Below, piece after piece: positions 59,071 to 64,000 of a DNA stretch of 64,000 bases. The first letter of the stretch is position 1. Every line of letters begins with the position of its first letter. The notes under the pieces were generated by a model. That model did not search any database and was not told the origin of the DNA. It worked only from the letters and a program-made list of their open reading frames with translations. Both the position numbers and the translations under genes were made by a program. Origin of the DNA: Takakia lepidozioides (taxonomy: Eukaryota > Plantae > Bryophyta); NCBI GenBank assembly GCA_030704615.1, contig CM060733.1, positions 31,992,001 through 32,056,000 on the forward strand. Direction: 5' to 3'.

Positions 59071-61464
59071 TCCTTGCAGTGGGAGAAACCTTATGCATAC
59101 CACACTCACTCCATAAGGGACTGCCATACCAGGGGCTAGTTGGTGGGTGCCCCCTCTCTCCCTCTGTCTCCCTCCTCGGAATTGGCCGGTTGCATCAGTG
59201 TTCTTTTCATGATTTTCCATCTATATAAGATGGACTCTAAACAATGTTTTCACCAGCCTTATAAAGGTTTTCTATCCATACCGGAAGAATCACCTAGGTG
59301 GACACTAAAATACCTCTAAAAAGGACCGATAATTTTTCATTCCTCTTTTATTGACTTTCATCTATACCAGATGAGTCACCAGAGAATGAGGAATTACCTC
59401 CGTAGGGGTTGTGACACTGGCATCCTATCTATAATTTTTCCATCCATCCCAGATGAAAAATACCAGGATAATAATTCATGTTATTCCTCCTTTATGCTTT
59501 TTTTCCGTACTGGATGAAGCTTTTTTTTAAGGGGATGGTGAATTACCTGCTAGGATGATAAACCGATGCCTTGGATGATATGTACTATTTTTTCATCCTA
59601 CTGATGGACCTTCTCCAACTTGATGAACTTATTACCTTTTTTCATCTAAACCAGATGAAAAATGCAGCTAATGATGACCCTGGAGAATTGTTTAAATACC
59701 CTTAATTATGGCTAATTAAGGAGTAAAACCCTAACCCCTACCCTATAACCTACGGTTTAAACCTAGCTAACGGATGACATCCGTCGGGTTTTTGTGTTAA
59801 AGGGTGTTGATTATTCATCCCCTGTGGATGAAAAATCGGGCTTTGCCCTAGGGTGTCTCTCCCGCCGTCAGCTGCACTCCTCGTGCTGCGGCGCTTGGGT
59901 GGGGAAGTATATATCTCTCTCTCCCTTCTTAAACCTAACATTTGTATGCTTCGCTTCTCCTTAGCCGTGTGCTGGAGGTGGCTTGCTGGTGGTGATGGTG
60001 CAGAGTTACCTTCCCCAATCGCTCAAGGTGCTTTTGGTGATTAGGGTTCCTTTTACTTCATGTCTTTCTCTCCTGTTTTTGGGGTTCTTAGTTGACATCG
60101 ATGACAAGTGTAGGGGTCTGTAATTCACCTGGGGTTCCACAATCCTCACTAACCCATTGGTTTTTGTGGGGGCTTGTGATGGAACCAGGTGAGGATCCCT
60201 ACCTACTTTGAATTCTCTTGAGCTTGCAGATAAGGATATGTGCAAAAGGAACATACTGCTGCTGCCTGCAACCCCGATTTCGGCCCGCTTGCTCACGGGT
60301 TGACATGATGATGCGTGCTTTTGACCTATCTTTTGATGCTGCTGATGGAGTATTCCGGCCTGGCAGCTTTGTCTCATGCAGCACAACATGTGAATCCTAC
60401 CCTGTCTTGAATCTTTGACAGCTTTGTCTGTGGATTTTTAGACTAGGTTCATTTTTTTGCCTTAAAAGAGGATTGATGGTGTAAGGGTAAAGTCATCAGT
60501 GGCTGTTTGGCCCTAAGGATGAGGAGGTCTGGCTTTTGTTAAAGAAGACAGCCTGTTAAGGCAATGACAGGCCGTTTTCAGACCTGGATTTGTTGTGGAA
60601 TGGAGCATAGTGAGGTTCTATTTGCAAAAGATGGCATTTGCCTTCTGTGAAACAGTGACGGTAAGCTCTAAAGGACTCTGGCCAGTGATTAGTTACTTTA
60701 TTATGTTTGAGTCTGATTTACTGCAGGTTCGGCCAACAAGAGTCATATGTGCACAAGTCCTGAATATGTACAATGACAGGCTGTTCTTACATACCCAGAA
60801 GGCCTTGCATGATGCATGCTTTGGGGTGCTTACATTTGGCCAAATGTGAAGCTGCAATATGGCTTGCCATGCCCAAGAAGAGTACTTGGTGGCAGGCCCG
60901 AAGTGTAATTAATTGTAGGCTGGTCCTTCCTGCTGCCGGGGTGAACACTCCCTGAATGTGTTGTAGGGCAGGCTGTTCTTACCTACTTTGCATAATGCTT
61001 GTCTTGGATCACCTCAAGGTACTTGTGTATACATATCTTGGATCGGTAATGTGGCAAGATGTTCTTATATGCCCATGATATCTTGGATGGTGCATATCTT
61101 ATGGATAACTATGGATGATGTAATCTGAGGCTGCAATCTGACTTATATTGAGCAAGATGGTCACTTGGGTACATGACAAGAATCTGATTATGAACATACC
61201 CCGCCCTCCCACCCTGTTTTATCATGACTGAATGGGTGGCGTCACTTGGTGTGTTATGACAAGACTGTAAATGTTAGATGGTGCCCTGTCATGGGGCTGT
61301 TTATGTCTTTAATTGACAATGACCCTAGTTGGTCTTGTCCATGTCTTGACATGACATGAATATCTTCCCACTCTCTCCCTCTCTCTTATTAACTTTTTCT
61401 ACCCCCTCTTTCCCTATGTGGTTTTTTTTTTTTTTTGTGAGCAGCACGAAAGAGAGGAGAGAGA

Positions 61465-64000
61465 GGGAAGATACTATGTCTTGTCGGGACATGGACAAGA
61501 CCAGATAAGGTCTTTGTCAAATTAACGACAAATCAGCCCTCTACAGGGCACCATCTAACACCTCCTTCCATGTACATCTTCTCAAATGTCTGAACCCTGT
61601 ATATTTCAAAGTACCAGAAAATTCAGGGTGGGGGGGTGGGATTCCAAGACAAGCATCATCCTTGTTTGATACCCAATTTACACACAATTGATTCATGCCC
61701 TTGAGCTGTAAATGTTCAGTTGCTTTATACAAAGCACAGCCAAGAAATCACAGCCAAGACATCCACCATAGAAAAAGCAATGCAAACTTACTCAGGGTAT
61801 TGCAGACTTATAAGTCAATCACTACAGATTTCACACCCGTGATTCATATCAACCATTCATGCCAGTCTTTCATAAATCCAAATTTTTGAGCTATCATGGG
61901 CAAATTGCAGGTTTGGGGGAGGTAATCCAAGGTCTTATCAAGCCATTGCAAGGTTACCATGGATATGGCTTTCCATGGCTCTGGCTTATCATGGATCTGA
62001 TTTTTCAGAACATAGTAACATAGGCTGGAACAGATTGACATCATGAACGTGCTGAGAACTTATGTGGGTACCTTCATAGTTCAAGCAACTGCCATACCAA
62101 TCAATTCACTGCCCATGCAGTATGTACCTTGAAAGAAACCAACAGTAAACTTCCGAGTCAAAACAATATGCAAGGGTTTTCTTTAAAAACACTGGGATGT
62201 CCAAGAGTACACCATGGTACTTTTTAAGTTAAAACAGCAAAACCAGATCTGTTTTGCTTCGAGGAACAGCTCCAAAGACCCTGTTTGGTAAATTTACAGC
62301 GCCAATATACCATCTGAGAAACCCATCACTACGAAATGGTTGATCGTAGTGTAAAACGGGGCTGTTTCAAGGCCCAGAGCATTAAACTCAAAGAACTCTG
62401 TAGGGTATCATAAACCAATCAACAGAGTAGTTCCATACAGCCAAGGGTTCACATAGATGTTAGGGGTTTGTGAGGAAACCAGCAAATACCCCATGTGGCT
62501 CTGAAAATACAGTTGTAGGTCCGAGCAATCTAAGTTAAAACAGCATACATGGGCTCGTTTTACACTTGAATGGAAGTTTAAAGCACATCCTTGTGGAAGC
62601 AACATTCGAAGTAGTAAAGTGCCGCAGGGAAGTATGCAACATTATTCCATCTTCTCTGCATTGTCCATATCCTCTGCAAGCTTTACAAATCAAATCAAGT
62701 GATGTCCCTCACCTGCGCCCGTCCCAAAAACCATCACAAATGATAATTTGTGTGTTAGTGAGGATGCGCGAGGTGAGTTATAGGACATCACACTTGCTAT
62801 CGATGTCAAAGATGATTCCTAAAGCAAGCATTAGATGAAAAGACAAGCAAAAGCAACATTTTCCATAAACCTTTAAAGCTTGTGGAATGAAAGTACTCTG
62901 TGACATGGCATCCAAGATCTGGCATTCAATCAAAGCAAACACAAAGGGTTTGCTGAAGGGTAGAGAGGAGTTTATCAACACCATTAAGCTTCCATAGATC
63001 CTATAGGGCGCCGCTGCAGCATAAACGAACAATGACCAATTCTCCATAAAGCACGGCAGCAGCTTGTCTGCCAGTTCGTGAATTGAAGATACCAGCATAG
63101 GAGCAGCAAATTCGGTTATAACCGCACCTCCCAATGAAATTGACAACGCGGAATCAAGCCGCTAAGTCGTCAAGCCGCCATCACGCAGCTCCAGGGAAAA
63201 ACCAAAGCCCAAGTGTCGGGTTGTTAGGTTTAGAGAGGTGATCAAACACGCACCCTGCGATTTCATCTGGTCTGGATGAGAAATCGCAGTAGCTGATAGG
63301 TCATTTTCGTGGGATTTTATCCACTAGAGATGAAATCAGTAGGTTTCCAGGATGTCATCCATTCTTGGTGACATCCGACAGGGATGAAAAACCAACCATT
63401 CATTAGGTTTAAACCATAAGCTCATATTCATGATAGATGAAATTTCGAACCCTCAAGACCATAATTCACACCCTAAATGAATTAAATGGTGAGAATAACA
63501 AATCCTTGGAAAATAAAAATCAGATCATCCGTTAGGTTTTCATCCGGTATGGATGAAAAACCAGAAAACATGGTTGAAAGAACATACACCAGTACCATAG
63601 AGGCCATGGTAGTGGCAAAGATTCCAAGAGATTTATTGGAGGGAGAGAGAGAGGGAGAGAGAGGGACAAAGAGAGGGAGTGAGAGGGAGAGATCAGGAAA
63701 CAAAAAGAAAAAGAGGAATGTGGGGGGGGGGGGGAGTGACTGAGTAGCAGCTGCTCAGTCACACCCCCCCCCCCCCCCCCCACCTTCTTGTTTTTTCTTT
63801 GTTTCCCCCTCCCTCCCTCTGTCTCCCTCCTCGGAATTGGCCGGTTCCATCAGCGTTCTTTTCATATTTTTCTATCTATACTGGATGGATTCTAAACAGT
63901 GTTTTCACCCGCCCTATAAAGTTTTTCTATCCATACCGGATGAATTACCTGGGTGGACACTAAAATACCTCTAAAATACGTCTATGATTTTTCATTCCTC
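61465..64000. mobile_element. Second copy of the foldback element, running off the window end
   Basis: Same terminus as 55783, hairpin module at 62706-62784, GGATGA repeats 63260-63560, central palindrome ~63695-63810, and 63810-64000 matches 59155-59345. Confidence 0.7.

Larger units (their letters stand above)
55783..61369. mobile_element. Large non-autonomous foldback/TIR element with symmetric arms
   Basis: Imperfect ~80-bp TIRs starting GGGAAGATA; inverted modules 57007-57088 / 60118-60198; GGATGA/TCATCC repeat blocks 57590-57900 / 59200-59850; central palindrome 58513-58618. No clear TSD. Confidence 0.7.

Overview
Eukaryotic nuclear DNA, most likely from a non-seed land plant (spliceosomal introns, LIL3, NodGS, PLS-class PPR relic, plant TE families). 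Two intact-looking host genes lie in a dense nest of transposons: an 18-exon NodGS/FluG-type amidohydrolase + glutamine-synthetase-like gene (minus strand, 19944-29763, with an AT-AC U12 intron) and a 3-exon LIL3 gene (plus strand, 40130-42060). The TEs are a full-length but decayed Ty3/gypsy chromovirus with LTRs and TSD (4019-10980), a CACTA element (46492-~54900), several LINE fragments, MITE-like and foldback elements. Main unusual items: (1) a rearranged pair of intron-containing ParB/Srx-like (DGNHR) paralogs, one apparently fused to a C-terminal beta-class N4C/N6A DNA-methyltransferase domain and split by the LTR element, with two arrays of an AGTC-N6-GACT palindrome; (2) a SET-domain passenger gene inside the CACTA element; (3) a NodGS whose GS domain has lost several catalytic residues while frame and splicing are kept; (4) a ~5.6 kb symmetric foldback element with a conserved hairpin module. 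All calls come from manual reading and motif recognition; no database searches were run.
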